Assembly (NCBI GenBank): GCA_964248365.1
Contig: CAXTYC010000003.1
Location: 32,001-96,000 of the forward strand
Direction: 5' to 3'
Origin: an uncultured Chroococcidiopsis sp.
GTDB lineage: Bacteria; Cyanobacteriota; Cyanobacteriia; Cyanobacteriales; Chroococcidiopsidaceae
Length of the DNA: 64,000 bases
The position numbers and the translations under genes were made by a program. Positions 31,574 to 42,710 of the stretch are shown piece after piece (the stretch's first letter is position 1; every line of letters starts with the position of its first letter). The notes under the pieces were generated by a model that did no database searches, was not told where the DNA came from, and saw only the letters and a program-made list of their open reading frames with translations.

Positions 31574-32329
31574 GTGAATAATCTGCGTACTGTATCCGAT
31601 ACCAAGCGAAACTTCTACACTTTGCACACCCGTCCAATTAACACCATCTATCGCAGGGTGGTAGAAGAATTGATGGTAGAAATGCATCTGCTGTCAGTCA
31701 ATGCTGATTTTCACTACGACCCAATTTATGCTTTGGGTGTAGTCACCGCTTTTGAGCGGTTTATGCAGGGCTACCAGCCAGAACGGGATAAAGAACCAAT
31801 TTTTGAAGCTCTGTGTCAGTCTATAGAAGACAACCCGCAAAGATTTCGACAAGATGCCCTCCGCTTGCGAAACATAGCGAAGAACTTATCAGCCAAAGAA
31901 TTGCTTGACTGGTTAAGTGGGGAAAATCGCCTGAATGGAGCAGAGGAGTTACAAGCACAGATCAGGGCGATCGCTCACAATCCTACCTTTAAATACAGCC
32001 GTCTGTTTGCTATTGGTGTATTCTCCCTGTTGGAACTAGCAGACGCTGAACTAGTAAAAGATGAAAAGCAAAGGGTAGAGGCGCTTAAACGAGTTTCTGC
32101 TATATTGCACATCTCAGAAGACAAACTCAATAAAGATTTAGAGCTATATCGCGCTAACCTGGATAAAATCGAGCAAGCGCTGATCACTATGGCAGATATG
32201 CTATCAGCCGATCGCAAAAAACGGCAACAGCGTCTGCAAGCTCAAGGAGCAAGTGTTGCTAGCTCAAATTCTAACGACAGTAACGAAACTCCTGGTACAT
32301 CCCCAGACAAAGCTTCTTCTGGTTCTTAA
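31574..32329 (+). CDS. psb29: Photosystem II biogenesis protein Psb29/Thf1
   Basis: RTVSDTKR.FY..H.RPI..IYRRVVEEL.VE.HLL, FKYSRLFAIG, KDL.LYR.NL.K; GTG start 31574. Confidence 0.95.
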   Translation: MNNLRTVSDTKRNFYTLHTRPINTIYRRVVEELMVEMHLLSVNADFHYDPIYALGVVTAFERFMQGYQPERDKEPIFEALCQSIEDNPQRFRQDALRLRNIAKNLSAKELLDWLSGENRLNGAEELQAQIRAIAHNPTFKYSRLFAIGVFSLLELADAELVKDEKQRVEALKRVSAILHISEDKLNKDLELYRANLDKIEQALITMADMLSADRKKRQQRLQAQGASVASSNSNDSNETPGTSPDKASSGS

Positions 32330-32427
32330 TCCTTTCTAAATAATAAGGTGGGCAATGCCCACCTACGTTATTAAATAATAAAGGTGGGCATGGGTGGCAT
32401 ACGTTTACTATATCTAGCGGTATCTAA

Positions 32428-32793
32428 TTAAAAGTTTGGGGTAACAAAACCGTAGATCAAGGTGCTAACAATCGAGAGTGCCAAAGCTCCAAGTATGGCG
32501 CTCAAAGGTCCCTTTTCCAAGCGAAACCCAGTGACTAAAGACGCAGCAATCCCTAGAGATATCGCTGAGACAAGGAAGGTGACAAATCCTGATAGCAAAC
32601 CGAATGTCAGTAAATTTGGGATAAAAAATACTGCTCTGAGAATCGGATTGACGATGGCTGCGACAATTCCCAGTGCAGCTGCGGAAATATATGCTTTTAC
32701 TGGGTTATCGATTTCAACTCCCAGTGGAAGTTTGGTAACAAGTAACAAGCTAGAGGCACTTACCAGCCAAGCAATTAGCAAATCTATCAACAT
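32428..32793 (-). CDS. Phage-holin-like (YvlD/DUF360) membrane protein
   Basis: Four TM helices; G.V.A.V.PIL, NLLTFGL, GF.L...LSA..GA..LS. Confidence 0.8.
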   Translation of the reverse strand: MLIDLLIAWLVSASSLLLVTKLPLGVEIDNPVKAYISAAALGIVAAIVNPILRAVFFIPNLLTFGLLSGFVTFLVSAISLGIAASLVTGFRLEKGPLSAILGALALSIVSTLIYGFVTPNF

Positions 32794-32892
32794 ATTAAAA
32801 CACCATCGCTGAAATTTATTAAAAAGTCATTTCTATGAGTAGACTAACTAATAAAATCTCAGCTATCCATCTACAAATTGGCAGAGAATAAT

Positions 32893-33480
32893 TTAGTTTC
32901 TACCATTCGGATTGATGCTTGTGGGAGAAAGTGTAGGTTGGGGTACAGGTGCAGAAGGGTTGGCTGGAGTCAAATTTGAATTAGGCGTAGCGTCCAAGGG
33001 AAATTGACTAGAACCAGAGGGGGTAGTGGGAATAGTTCCAGGTGGAAGTGTCGAACCTGCTGGGCGATCGGGAGAACCAGCAATTGTTGCCAAAGCCACG
33101 CGATCGCCTCCTACTTGCCGCATTGTATCCAATAGCAAGATCACATCGTTATAACTCGATGTACGCGAAGCATTTAATATTACTGTACCCAAAGGATTTG
33201 CTTGGAAATAAGCTCGCAAAGTCTGGGACAACTGATCTAACCCCACTGGATTTTGCTCGACAAAAATTTGTCCGGCTGAGTCCAGCGTGACAATCAACCT
33301 CGATTGAAATTGTGACGGTGCGCCCGTACTAGCTTTGGGTAAATCAACATTAATCGCTTGCTGACGGGTGAATTGCAAAGCCGCCAAGAGGAAAAAGGTC
33401 AGAATACAGAAAATAACGTCAATCAGGGGAATAATTTGAACTTGGACTTCTTCAATCGGCGAATGTAAGTTGATTTTCAT
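32893..33480 (-). CDS. exbD: Biopolymer transporter ExbD/TolR
   Basis: IIPLIDVIFCILTFF, I.VDLPKA; Pro-rich tail. Confidence 0.92.
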   Translation of the reverse strand: MKINLHSPIEEVQVQIIPLIDVIFCILTFFLLAALQFTRQQAINVDLPKASTGAPSQFQSRLIVTLDSAGQIFVEQNPVGLDQLSQTLRAYFQANPLGTVILNASRTSSYNDVILLLDTMRQVGGDRVALATIAGSPDRPAGSTLPPGTIPTTPSGSSQFPLDATPNSNLTPANPSAPVPQPTLSPTSINPNGRN

Positions 33481-33541
33481 CGTGCCAACCAGTCAAACAC
33501 AAATCACAGAATATAAGTTTTCAGTTGTGTACCAGCTTATC

Positions 33542-34378
33542 CTACACTTCTGGCGCACTGGGATCTTCGCGCCTATCTGAATATGGCGGCATAGTATAAC
33601 CCTCATCCGTACGATGCTGTTCATCCCCAACAGTTGCTTCAGATACATTTCTCTTACTAAGACGGGGAGGGAAGGTAAAGCGTTGGGTGGTTTTAGGCTG
33701 CCGCCCTTCTGGTGGCGCTGGTGGCGCTACTTGGGGTGCAGGCGATGTATCTTGAATATTTAGCCAATACTGGCGGTAGAGTAACTCTAAATCACTTCCT
33801 GCTTTACTAAAAATTTTGACTTGGTTAACTACAAAAGCTTGAAACAAACGATAGAAAACCAAACTGACGATCGCCACGATTAATCCGGTTGCGGTACTAA
33901 TTAGCGACTCACCGATGCCTAAAGTTACTCCAGCGGCTGACGAAGTTCCCAAATCACCAAGGCGAATCGAGCGCAACGATTGAATCAATCCCAATACTGT
34001 ACCCAACAATCCCAGCAAAGGGGCAAGGGCAATTACTCCCTCTAAGATTTTTTCACCTTGCCGCATTGAAGCTATTTCGTCTTCTGCGGTTGACTCTAGT
34101 GCCAAGCGAAAGATTTCAGGATCTGGTGTAGATAGGCGTAACGGCGCATACAGGAATCTGCCCACTGGCTGATAGGAGTATCTCTTGGCTATTTCGGTAG
34201 CATTTCGCCAATTGTCCTGCGCGGCATCTAAAACTCGTTCAACAATCTCCTTTTCTTGGGTGAGGATTCTAAACCAGTACGACAACCGCTCAATAATTAC
34301 ACTTAAAGACAGAATTGACAAAGCAACCAGCGGCCACATTGCTGGTCCGCCTTTTCTAAAAACATCTACAACGTCCAC
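33542..34378 (-). CDS. exbB: MotA/TolQ/ExbB proton channel protein
   Basis: GG..MWPL, APLLGLLGTV.GLI, GI.E.LI.TA.GL.VAI. Confidence 0.92.
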   Translation of the reverse strand: MDVVDVFRKGGPAMWPLVALSILSLSVIIERLSYWFRILTQEKEIVERVLDAAQDNWRNATEIAKRYSYQPVGRFLYAPLRLSTPDPEIFRLALESTAEDEIASMRQGEKILEGVIALAPLLGLLGTVLGLIQSLRSIRLGDLGTSSAAGVTLGIGESLISTATGLIVAIVSLVFYRLFQAFVVNQVKIFSKAGSDLELLYRQYWLNIQDTSPAPQVAPPAPPEGRQPKTTQRFTFPPRLSKRNVSEATVGDEQHRTDEGYTMPPYSDRREDPSAPEV

Positions 34379-34622
34379 TGTTTGTGCTTACCTCCGTTTA
34401 TTCTAAAGGCGATCGCATTGCTGCCCTTTGCTAGGAAGCGATCGCCGTTGGTCAAACTTCATTGTAGGGGGCAATTGAATAAATCCAATTTTTTTGCATC
34501 TATCGCTCAAAGGATATAAATAGCGATCAATAGTAGCAGCTTCCGGTCTGATTAGGGCGGTTATTCCCACCTAACTTTAACCGAGTTATTTGTCAATATT
34601 AAAGATAGCTGGAGGTAAAAAC

Positions 34623-34916
34623 ATGAACTTCTCAATCCAATCTCTTTACAACTCGTATCGCAATTTGCTGCGTAACCCTAAATATCGCTGGTGGGTAGTT
34701 TTAGGTACAGCACTGTATTTTCTGAGTCCGATTGATGTTGTCCCAGATTTTTTGCCAATTGTCGGAGAAGTTGATGATGTCTTCTTACTGACATTACTGG
34801 TATCGGAAGTTTCCCAAATAATCATAGACGGTTTCAAAGCCCGTAAAGCGAATCGTGCCGATCAAAACACTACAACACCAAATACGGTCGATGTTGATGC
34901 CGTATCTCTTAAGTAA
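34623..34916 (+). CDS. YkvA/DUF1232 family protein
   Basis: Y.LSPID.VPDF.P.VG..DD motif; GGAGG SD upstream of ATG 34623. Confidence 0.9.
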   Translation: MNFSIQSLYNSYRNLLRNPKYRWWVVLGTALYFLSPIDVVPDFLPIVGEVDDVFLLTLLVSEVSQIIIDGFKARKANRADQNTTTPNTVDVDAVSLK

Positions 34917-34947
34917 TTAGAAAATTAATTAAATTAATTTAAATTTA

Positions 34948-35004
34948 ATATTCCCTTCCCTTCTTGCCTTCGTATTGCTACATAAGGGAAGGGGATATTT
35001 TTTT
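34948..35004. terminator. Stem-loop terminator between ykvA and convergent tRNA-His
   Basis: atattcccttccctt ... aagggaaggggatat followed by a T-run. Confidence 0.6.
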
Positions 35005-35013
35005 ATAGATCAG

Positions 35014-35087
35014 GGCGAACGAGGGGACTTGAACCCCCGAGTGGTGGAACCACAATCCACTGCCTTAACCACTTGGCTACGCTCGCC
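35014..35087 (-). tRNA. trnH: tRNA-His (GUG)
   Basis: Reverse complement GGCGAGCGTAGCCAAGTGGTTAAGGCAGTGGATTGTGGTTCCACCACTCGGGGGTTCAAGTCCCCTCGTTCGCC: cloverleaf, GTG anticodon, G-1:C73, no encoded CCA. Confidence 0.97.
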
Positions 35088-35201
35088 ATCGCATGGACTA
35101 TTATAACATTTTTTTAGATGATTTATCCAGATACGTTGCTGCCAAAACTGAATTTATTAGCTTAGAGTCCAAATAGCTTACAACAAATGGTACTAGCGGA
35201 C

Positions 35202-35582
35202 ATGAAGATCCCAAAGAGCATTACTTTGATTGGAGCAGTAGCTTTAGGAGGACTGGGAGTATTGATGGCATTGACCAATCCTAACGAGTCTACCTATGAA
35301 CAGTACGCAGCCGAACGGCTGACAGAATACATAAAAGATGAAGTTTGTAAAGGCGCACCCAAAATCTTTGGGATTCTTTTACAACGCAACTGTGATGAAC
35401 TAATAGATTCAAGCCATCCTGCTATTGGGAAAATAATAGCTGCAAATACACAAAGAAAAAACTTAATCTTTTTTAGTATTTACACCACAGATTTATCCGT
35501 AAGTTCAAGTATTCCTTCTTACCACTTTGAAACACTCGGAGTGTTGCAAAACTTTTATACTTACACAGCCGAAAAGCGCTAA
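35202..35582 (+). CDS. DUF4359 family protein
   Basis: Signal/TM then TNP....YE.YA...L, two Cys, T.R.N..FFSIY.T.L; start could be 35187. Confidence 0.8.
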   Translation: MKIPKSITLIGAVALGGLGVLMALTNPNESTYEQYAAERLTEYIKDEVCKGAPKIFGILLQRNCDELIDSSHPAIGKIIAANTQRKNLIFFSIYTTDLSVSSSIPSYHFETLGVLQNFYTYTAEKR

Positions 35583-35970
35583 TTGGAACAGTTAGCAGTT
35601 ATCAGTTACCAGTTGTCAGTTATCAGTTACCAGTTACCAGTTACCAACTACCAGGCGCGCAGTTATCAATAGTAAGGGGTGAGGAAACAGGGACAAGGGT
35701 TAAGTACGCTGATGTAGCATCAGTTACATTTTTCCTTGATTAATTGTTTTTAAGCTCGAAAAATTAATAATAGGCAGGTAACAACTTTAGATAGAGAGCC
35801 AAAAGCTGTCACCTCTCTCTGGAGATACATATAGAGACGAGTTAATAGTTTTAGTATTGTTTGATGTTGGATATTTTCTTAATGAAAATTGGTTGACCAA
35901 AAGGGTAATTCAGTTCAAACACCCCCTTAAATTCTGGCTAAGTTATCCATCGCTTAAGAAGGAGAACAGC

Positions 35971-36660
35971 GTGTTTTTTCATAAGAAAGAAACTATTCAC
36001 GTAGTAAACATTGACGAACCGAATCCACGTTTTGCTCAACTACTCTTAGAACAATTCGGTGGAGCAACTGGAGAGCTTACTGCTGCCTTGCAATATTGGG
36101 TGCAGTCTTTCCATGTTGAAAATGCTGGCATTCGAGATATGCTCCAAGATATCGCTATCGAAGAGTTTGGACACTTGGAGATGGTAGGCAAAATGATTGA
36201 AGCTCATACCAAGAACGTGGATCAAACAGATGCTTATAAGAGTACTCTGTTTGCTATGCGTGGCATGGGACCTCATTATTTAAATAGCCAAGGTAGTGCT
36301 TGGACTGCCAACTACATCAATGAAGGTGGCGATGTGGTACGTGACTTACGTGCTAATATAGCTGCTGAAGCTGGAGCGCGTCAGACTTATGAGGAGCTAA
36401 TTAAATTAGCACCTGACGAAGGCTCAAAGAAAACACTAGTGCATCTGCTAACGCGGGAAATTTCCCATACCCAAATGTTCATGAAGGCTTTGGATTCTTT
36501 GGGTAAGCTAACTGATCCCTTCTTTGGCAATATTCAGCCAGATGAAACTGTAGATATTTACTACAACTTGTCTAGTAACGGTAAAGACGAGCGTGGACCT
36601 TGGAATTCTGAGCCGACTTTCCGTTATGTTGCCGATCCAGTGAACCAAAGTCAATCCTAA
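35971..36660 (+). CDS. katB: Manganese catalase (KatB-like)
   Basis: EQFGG..GEL.AALQY..Q, DIA.EE.GHLE, NIAAE..AR..YE, REISH..MF; GTG start with AAGGAG SD. Confidence 0.93.
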   Translation: MFFHKKETIHVVNIDEPNPRFAQLLLEQFGGATGELTAALQYWVQSFHVENAGIRDMLQDIAIEEFGHLEMVGKMIEAHTKNVDQTDAYKSTLFAMRGMGPHYLNSQGSAWTANYINEGGDVVRDLRANIAAEAGARQTYEELIKLAPDEGSKKTLVHLLTREISHTQMFMKALDSLGKLTDPFFGNIQPDETVDIYYNLSSNGKDERGPWNSEPTFRYVADPVNQSQS

Positions 36661-36689
36661 CGAGTTGGCTGGAAAACTAGATAGAATAA

Positions 36690-36729
36690 AACAAGTCAGT
36701 AGATAAATTACCTACTGACTTGTTTTTTT
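36690..36729 (+). terminator. Rho-independent terminator
   Basis: acaagtcagtag-ataaattac-ctactgacttgt followed by a T-run. Confidence 0.85.
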
Positions 36730-36964
36730 GCTTCTTTTCTAAATTATAAGCTTTTAGCTGTTAGCCTTTGTGCTGCTAACTGCTGATCCATAGTTCCCTT
36801 GCAGATGGTGGTCTTTGATATTCATTAGTCTATCAGTTGCTACCTAGCTAAAAGCTAATAGCTAAAATAGAAGCATTTGATACAGAAAATTTTTGATTAA
36901 AGTAATTTGATAATAAATCTATAAATATAAAAATTCAACCGCTTTCTTGTTATTTACTCGACTA

Positions 36965-37735
36965 ATGCCATCTGCTTACCTGTTGGTATCTCACGGAAGC
37001 CGAGATCCCCGTCCTCAAGTCGCTATGGAGCAACTAAGCTGGTTGCTTTCTCAATCTGTGCAAACAGTCACAGAAACAGTAGCAGCAAGCTCGCAGACAG
37101 GTAGGAGCGCACCCACGAATCATCAATTCCCAATTGGGTTCGGTACAGCTTATTTAGAATTGAGTCCAACACCATTGCATGAGCAAATTATAGAATTTGC
37201 CGATCGCGTACTTAAACAGGGATACAAACGCATTGAAATTGTCCCACTGTTTCTGTTGCCTGGAGTCCATGTGAAGGAAGATATTCCAGCAAAAGTAGCT
37301 ATAGCTCAAAAAGCTTTGGGACAAGCGATAAAACTTGACATCAGACCACATTTAGGCACTCACCCAGGTTTGATTCGCTTATTGGCAAACAAACAAGCGA
37401 ATACAAAGGCAGATGGGTGGATAATGCTCGCTCATGGTAGCCGTCGTGCTGGTGCAAAAGAACCAGTCCTCGCGCTCGCCCAGCAGTTAGGGGCGTTGTT
37501 TGCTTATTGGGCTGTAGCACCTGGTTTAGAGTCGCGGGTGCAAAAGTTAGTCGATGCAGGGTATCAGGAGATTGGGATTATACCATACTTTCTGTTTGCT
37601 GGAGGTATTACTGATGCGATCGCGCAGAAGGTTGACCAGCTGCAAAAAAAGTTCCCATCTGTGAGGTTACATTTAGCTCAGCCTTTGGGTGTTAGTCAGG
37701 AGTTGGCTGATTTGATTTTGGATTTGGTTGATTAA
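36965..37735 (+). CDS. Sirohydrochlorin chelatase (CbiX/SirB family)
   Basis: LV.HGSRDP, AYLEL, PLFLLPGVHV.EDIP, second domain HGSRR and PYFLF.GG. Confidence 0.9.
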   Translation: MPSAYLLVSHGSRDPRPQVAMEQLSWLLSQSVQTVTETVAASSQTGRSAPTNHQFPIGFGTAYLELSPTPLHEQIIEFADRVLKQGYKRIEIVPLFLLPGVHVKEDIPAKVAIAQKALGQAIKLDIRPHLGTHPGLIRLLANKQANTKADGWIMLAHGSRRAGAKEPVLALAQQLGALFAYWAVAPGLESRVQKLVDAGYQEIGIIPYFLFAGGITDAIAQKVDQLQKKFPSVRLHLAQPLGVSQELADLILDLVD

Positions 37736-37772
37736 CGAACCGCAAAGACGCGCTCGTGCGCGAAGGAAGAGA

Positions 37773-38528
37773 ATGGGGAATGTGGGTAAGGTTTATTTGG
37801 TGGGTGCGGGACCTGGAGATCCAGGGTTGTTTACTCTGAAGGGGAAGGGGTTGCTAGAGTGTGCGGATGTGGTGGTTTATGATGCTTTGGTGAGTCCGGC
37901 AATTCTGGGAATGATTAATCCGCAGGCAGAAAAAATTAATGCGGGAAAGCGGCGAGGGCGGCATTCTTTGGTGCAGGATGATATTACTGGGGTGTTGATT
38001 TCAAAGGCTCAAGATCATGCCATAGTGGTGCGATTGAAGGGAGGCGACCCGTTTATATATGGTCGCGGTGGTGAGGAGATGGTAGATTTGGTTGCAGCTG
38101 GGGTGTCTGTGGAAGTGGTTCCAGGGATTACTTCGGGAATTGCAGCGCCAGCCTATGCCGGAATTCCTTTGACTCATCGAGATTATAGTTCGTCGGTGAC
38201 TTTTGTTACTGGTCATGAGGCGGCTGGGAAGTATCGACCAGTGGTAAATTGGCAGGCGATCGCCAGTAGTTCAGAAACGATTGTGATTTATATGGGTGTT
38301 CACAATCTGCCCTATATTGTCCAGCAATTACATTCGGCAGGGTTGAGTTTAGATACTCCTGTTGCTTTGGTGCGTTGGGGAACTCGACCGGAACAGGAGG
38401 AATTGATAGGGACTTTGGGTACAATTGTGGCACAGGTTGAGGCAACAGGGTTTGCAGCCCCAGCGATCGCCGTAGTTGGTAAAGTGGTAGATCTGCACCG
38501 TCTTCTATCAGGTTGTCGTCCAAGTTAG
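37773..38528 (+). CDS. cobA: Uroporphyrinogen-III C-methyltransferase
   Basis: VYLVGAGPGDPGL.T, VRLKGGDPF.YGRGGEE, VPGITS...AP..AGIP.THR. Confidence 0.96.
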   Translation: MGNVGKVYLVGAGPGDPGLFTLKGKGLLECADVVVYDALVSPAILGMINPQAEKINAGKRRGRHSLVQDDITGVLISKAQDHAIVVRLKGGDPFIYGRGGEEMVDLVAAGVSVEVVPGITSGIAAPAYAGIPLTHRDYSSSVTFVTGHEAAGKYRPVVNWQAIASSSETIVIYMGVHNLPYIVQQLHSAGLSLDTPVALVRWGTRPEQEELIGTLGTIVAQVEATGFAAPAIAVVGKVVDLHRLLSGCRPS

Positions 38529-38692
38529 CCCTATAATTATCACCCAATGCGTGGATCTTGGATTGTTAGGCTAACTCAATTCTTCAATTCTTCAATCTAA
38601 AATCAAACGGGGCAAGTAAACCGTTAATTTTAGATTTAAATAGTCTTACCCTAATCTAAAATCTAAAATCTAAAATCTAAAATCCTTAGAGA

Positions 38693-39652
38693 GTGTCATT
38701 TCCTCCATCTGAAGCAAATTTTCTATCTTTACAAGTTGAAACTACAGATCGCCTAGATCGTTATCTCGCCCAACATCTATCCGATTTATCTCGTTCTCGG
38801 CTGCAACAATTGATCGAACAAGGCAATGTGCAAGTTAATGGTAGTGTTTGCACGTCTAAAAAAGCTACGGTTAAAGGGGGCGATCGCATTCAAATTGAAA
38901 TTCCCCCAGCCCAACCATTAGAACTATTAGCCCAAGAAATTCCCCTGGATATTCTTTACGAAGATGACTCGCTACTAATTATTAATAAACCAGCTGGATT
39001 AGTAGTCCATCCTGCTCCTGGTCATAATGATGGTACTTTAGTAAATGCCTTGTTAGCACACTGCCCAAATTTACCAGGAATTGGTGGCGTGCAGCGTCCA
39101 GGGATTGTCCATCGGCTAGATAAAGATACTACAGGGGCGATCGCAATTGCTAAAACAGAACTTGCCCAAAGACACCTGCAAGCGCAACTCAAAGCCAAAA
39201 CTGCCCGTCGGGAATATCTGGGTATCGTTTACGGTGCTACTAAAGCTACTAGTGGTACAGTAGATCTTCCAATTGGTCGTCATCCTATAGATAGAAAAAA
39301 AATGGCGATCGTTCCGATTGAGAAGGGAGGACGCACCGCTGTTACTCATTGGCGAGTGCTTGAAAGACTGGGTAACTACACTTTGATCCATTTCCAGTTA
39401 GAAACTGGTCGCACTCATCAAATTCGCGTCCATTCCGCCCACATCGGTCATCCGATTGTCGGAGATCCAGTTTATAGTTCCAATCGTTCTGTAGGTGTAA
39501 ACCTATCTGGTCAAGCACTTCACGCTTGGAAACTTACACTGCAACATCCTATATCTGGCGAGTGGGTTGAAGTTAGTGCACCACCACCTGCCCAATTTAC
39601 CACTTTGCTAGAAGTTCTCCGCCGTCGAGTTATAGCAGAAAGTAGAGAGTAG
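38693..39652 (+). CDS. rluD: RluA/RluD family pseudouridine synthase
   Basis: S4 domain, NKPAGLVVHP, RPGIVHRLDKDTTG, LETGRTHQIRVH. Confidence 0.93.
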   Translation: MSFPPSEANFLSLQVETTDRLDRYLAQHLSDLSRSRLQQLIEQGNVQVNGSVCTSKKATVKGGDRIQIEIPPAQPLELLAQEIPLDILYEDDSLLIINKPAGLVVHPAPGHNDGTLVNALLAHCPNLPGIGGVQRPGIVHRLDKDTTGAIAIAKTELAQRHLQAQLKAKTARREYLGIVYGATKATSGTVDLPIGRHPIDRKKMAIVPIEKGGRTAVTHWRVLERLGNYTLIHFQLETGRTHQIRVHSAHIGHPIVGDPVYSSNRSVGVNLSGQALHAWKLTLQHPISGEWVEVSAPPPAQFTTLLEVLRRRVIAESRE

Positions 39653-40319
39653 ACAGTTATCAATTAACAATCATAATTAATGGCACTTCTCAAGAGTATT
39701 TTATAGCTCAATTGAGATTGCTGTATTGTTCATTCTGCTTTTTTTTTCCTTGTTAGGAATTTTAAGTTTAATTTTATCAAATAATTTTATTAATCCGCTC
39801 AAAGCGTTGTTCTGCAAATAAATCCGAGCTTTTTGTTCTATATTTACTGTGTTTAACAATTTTAATCACTAAGATTTATTAAGCGCATTCTATAAAACAA
39901 ACCAGTACTTAAGAAAAATTATTATAACAATTACCTTTCAATTTTTTTTCTGAGCATTTAACAGCAACACTATAAAAATTCGCGCATTCGGAAGTCGAAA
40001 TTCGCGGATTGATGATTTTCCCCCCTGCTCCTTTTGCTCCCTCATCTCTCTTAACCGCCCCTGATTTAAGCAACTTTAAGCAATCTTTATACATGAAACC
40101 TTTATATTTCTTTACATAACTGCTATTGCCGTAGTTGTAATAGAGACTATCAATCTGTATAGCTTTCAAGGGTTGAGGAAATCTTAAGAAAATATAAAAA
40201 TTTCTCCAAGGTTCGTTTTAAGTATAAATACTGTGAATTTTTATAACAAAAAACTGAATGTATAACGGTTGAAACACTTACTGAGTAATGATTTGCAGCT
40301 TTTATTACCGAATGAAAGG

Positions 40320-40400
40320 GAATATTAACAATTTGTAATAAATAATGCCCCAACGGCATTGTATAAACATAAGCTGGAGGGGTAAATAACAGACGAAAGT
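40320..40400 (+). promoter_or_regulatory. Probable cpcB promoter region
   Basis: ttaacaatttgtaa...attgtataaacataagctgg resembles cpc promoters; ~250-nt leader before cpcB within a ~970-bp AT-rich intergenic region. Confidence 0.4.
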
Positions 40401-40622
40401 TAAACAAAATGACCCAAGCACACAAGTTCGCCCGTTTCTCATAAAAGTGGAAACTTTTCTCAGATTTCTCAAAGCAATGGTGAGATTGCCAAGATGGAAC
40501 CTGAACAGCAGCTTGCCTGTGAGTGTTTGACTTTGTCTGTGGTTATCCATTCCAGTTTGATAAAACACCGCCAATTTTAATCAAAACTGCGCTCGATTTT
40601 CGCAAGTAGGAGAAATTAGTTC

Positions 40623-41147
40623 ATGTTAGACGCATTTGCCAAGGTTGTTTCTCAAGCCGACTCAAGAGGTGAATTCCTGAGCGGTCAGCAGTTCGATGCA
40701 CTGACCAACATGGTCAAAGAAGGTAACAAGCGGATAGACGCGGTTAACCGGATTAGCACCAATGCTTCTAGTATTGTTTCTGATGCAGCTCGCGCTTTGT
40801 TTGAAGAGCAGCCACAGCTGATTGCTCCTGGTGGTAATGCTTACACCAACCGTCGCATGGCAGCTTGCTTGCGCGACATGGAAATTATCCTGCGTTACGT
40901 TACCTATGCCACAATGGCTGGTGATTCTAGTGTTCTAGATGATCGCTGTTTGAACGGGCTGCGCGAAACCTACCAAGCATTGGGCGTACCTGGTGGTTCA
41001 ACTGCTCGTGGCGTACAAAAAATGAAGGATATTGCGATTGCGATCGCCAATGATTCTAATGCTCCTGGTATCGTCCAAGGTGATTGCAGTGCAATCATGT
41101 CCGAACTAGCAAGCTACTTTGATCGCGCAGCTTCTGCTGTTGCTTAA
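40623..41147 (+). CDS. cpcB: Phycocyanin beta subunit
   Basis: [35 protein letters not shown] (Cys82), GDCS (Cys153 equivalent). Confidence 0.98.
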   Translation: MLDAFAKVVSQADSRGEFLSGQQFDALTNMVKEGNKRIDAVNRISTNASSIVSDAARALFEEQPQLIAPGGNAYTNRRMAACLRDMEIILRYVTYATMAGDSSVLDDRCLNGLRETYQALGVPGGSTARGVQKMKDIAIAIANDSNAPGIVQGDCSAIMSELASYFDRAASAVA

Positions 41148-41205
41148 TTGAGTTTGATAGCTTGAGAAACGTTGCCAAAATTATTTAAAGGGAGATACCA
41201 AGACG

Positions 41206-41694
41206 ATGAAAACACCAATTACAGAAGCGATCGCAGCAGCAGATACCCAAGGGCGTTTCCTGGGTAACACCGAATTGCAATCCGCTAACGGTCGGTTTGC
41301 ACAGGCGACGGCAGGTTTGAATGCTGCTCGCTCGCTGACCCAAAATGCTCAAAAATTGATTGATGGTGCAGCTAATGCTGTATACCAGAAATTCCCCTAC
41401 ACCACCCAAATGCAGGGTCCTCAGTACGCTGCTGACTCACGCGGTAAATCCAAGTGCGCTCGTGACATCGGTCACTACCTACGCATGGTGACATACTGCT
41501 TGATTGCAGGTGGTACAGGTCCAATGGATGAGTATCTAATTGCTGGTTTGGATGAAATCAACCGCTCTTTCGAGCTGTCTAACAGCTGGTACATTGAAGC
41601 TTTGAATCACATCAAGGCTAATCATGGACTAAGCGGTCAAGAAGCAAACCAAACTAACACCTACATCGACTACGCAATTAGCGCCCTGAGCTAG
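41206..41694 (+). CDS. cpcA: Phycocyanin alpha subunit
   Basis: [33 protein letters not shown] (Cys84), 162 aa. Confidence 0.98.
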   Translation: MKTPITEAIAAADTQGRFLGNTELQSANGRFAQATAGLNAARSLTQNAQKLIDGAANAVYQKFPYTTQMQGPQYAADSRGKSKCARDIGHYLRMVTYCLIAGGTGPMDEYLIAGLDEINRSFELSNSWYIEALNHIKANHGLSGQEANQTNTYIDYAISALS

Positions 41695-41707
41695 TCTTAA
41701 GGTGCTT

Positions 41708-41767
41708 TGCCCGGAAGAATCAGCGAGTGTTGGCGTAGTGGCTAGCAGTTGATGATTTTTCCGGGCA
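41708..41767 (+). terminator. Stem-loop after cpcA (partial terminator / cpcBA mRNA stabiliser)
   Basis: tgcccggaagaatca ... tgatttttccgggca then T-rich. Confidence 0.75.
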
Positions 41768-41822
41768 TTGTTTTTCTCATTTTGACTATAAAAAACTTAA
41801 AAGTTGCGTTGTTGGGATAAGT

Positions 41823-42710
41823 ATGAGCGCTTTAATGGTGAACAATTTAGCAGCAGCAGGACCACTCGGTCTTTCTGCGTTCGATGCCTCATCAAGAATT
41901 GAGCTACGACCTGACTGGACGGAGAGTGAGCTGCAAACTGTGTTCCGCGCCGTTTACCGCCAGGTGTTGGGCAACGACTACATAATGAAAGCGGAACGCC
42001 TAAGTTCGGCTGAATCTCTGCTACGGCAAGGAAGCTATACAGTACGGGAGTTTGTCCGCGCTGTTGCCAAATCAGATTTATACAAAAACAAGTTTTTCTA
42101 CCCCAATTCAAATCAACGCTTTGTTGAACTTAATTTTAAGCATTTGTTAGGTCGCCCCCCTTATGATGAAAGGGAACTAGCAGATCACACTGGTCTTTGT
42201 GAGGAACAAGGCTACGATGCTGAGATTGATTCCCACATCGACAGCGTTGAGTATGAACAAAAATTTGGGAACAATGTCGTACCCTATTACACCGGATTTG
42301 AGGTGGGAACAGGAGCGAGAACGGTAGGCTTTAACCGGATGTTCCGCCTGTATCGGGGTTATGCCAGTAGCGATCGCGGTTCAGTCGGAGGGAAATCTCC
42401 CCGCCTCATGGGCGAACTCGGTCGCAATCAGGTTGCCACAATTGTTAAACCCTCTGATGGTGGGGGTGGTGGAACCTGGAGACACGGCGCTGCCATTCCC
42501 CAAGATGCTGCCCCCAGAAAAGCACTCGGTGGTACTCCAGAAGAAAGCGGACGGATGTACCGGATCGAAGTAGTTGGAATTCTCCAACCTGGCTACCCTA
42601 AAGTTCGTCGCAGCAGCACTGCAATTTTAGTACCCTACGAGCGGCTATCCCAAAAATACCAGGAAATCGTCAAGAAGGGCGGCAGAATTATCAGCGTTAC
42701 ACCAGCTTAA
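41823..42710 (+). CDS. cpcC: Phycocyanin-associated rod linker
   Basis: [35 protein letters not shown]-terminal CpcD-like domain (VPYE.LS...Q.I...GGRI.S). Confidence 0.93.
   Translation: MSALMVNNLAAAGPLGLSAFDASSRIELRPDWTESELQTVFRAVYRQVLGNDYIMKAERLSSAESLLRQGSYTVREFVRAVAKSDLYKNKFFYPNSNQRFVELNFKHLLGRPPYDERELADHTGLCEEQGYDAEIDSHIDSVEYEQKFGNNVVPYYTGFEVGTGARTVGFNRMFRLYRGYASSDRGSVGGKSPRLMGELGRNQVATIVKPSDGGGGGTWRHGAAIPQDAAPRKALGGTPEESGRMYRIEVVGILQPGYPKVRRSSTAILVPYERLSQKYQEIVKKGGRIISVTPA

Noticed and set aside
32428..32793. 'Phage holin' as evidence of a prophage
   Set aside because: YvlD-like family is a routine chromosomal gene in cyanobacteria; no phage genes adjacent
35014..35087. tRNA-His as an integration site
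   Set aside because: No integrase and no duplicated tRNA 3' end seen nearby
39653..40622. Short minus-strand ORFs in the ~970-bp region upstream of cpcB
   Set aside because: AT-rich regulatory DNA containing a dispersed repeat (also at ~27426); no family motifs
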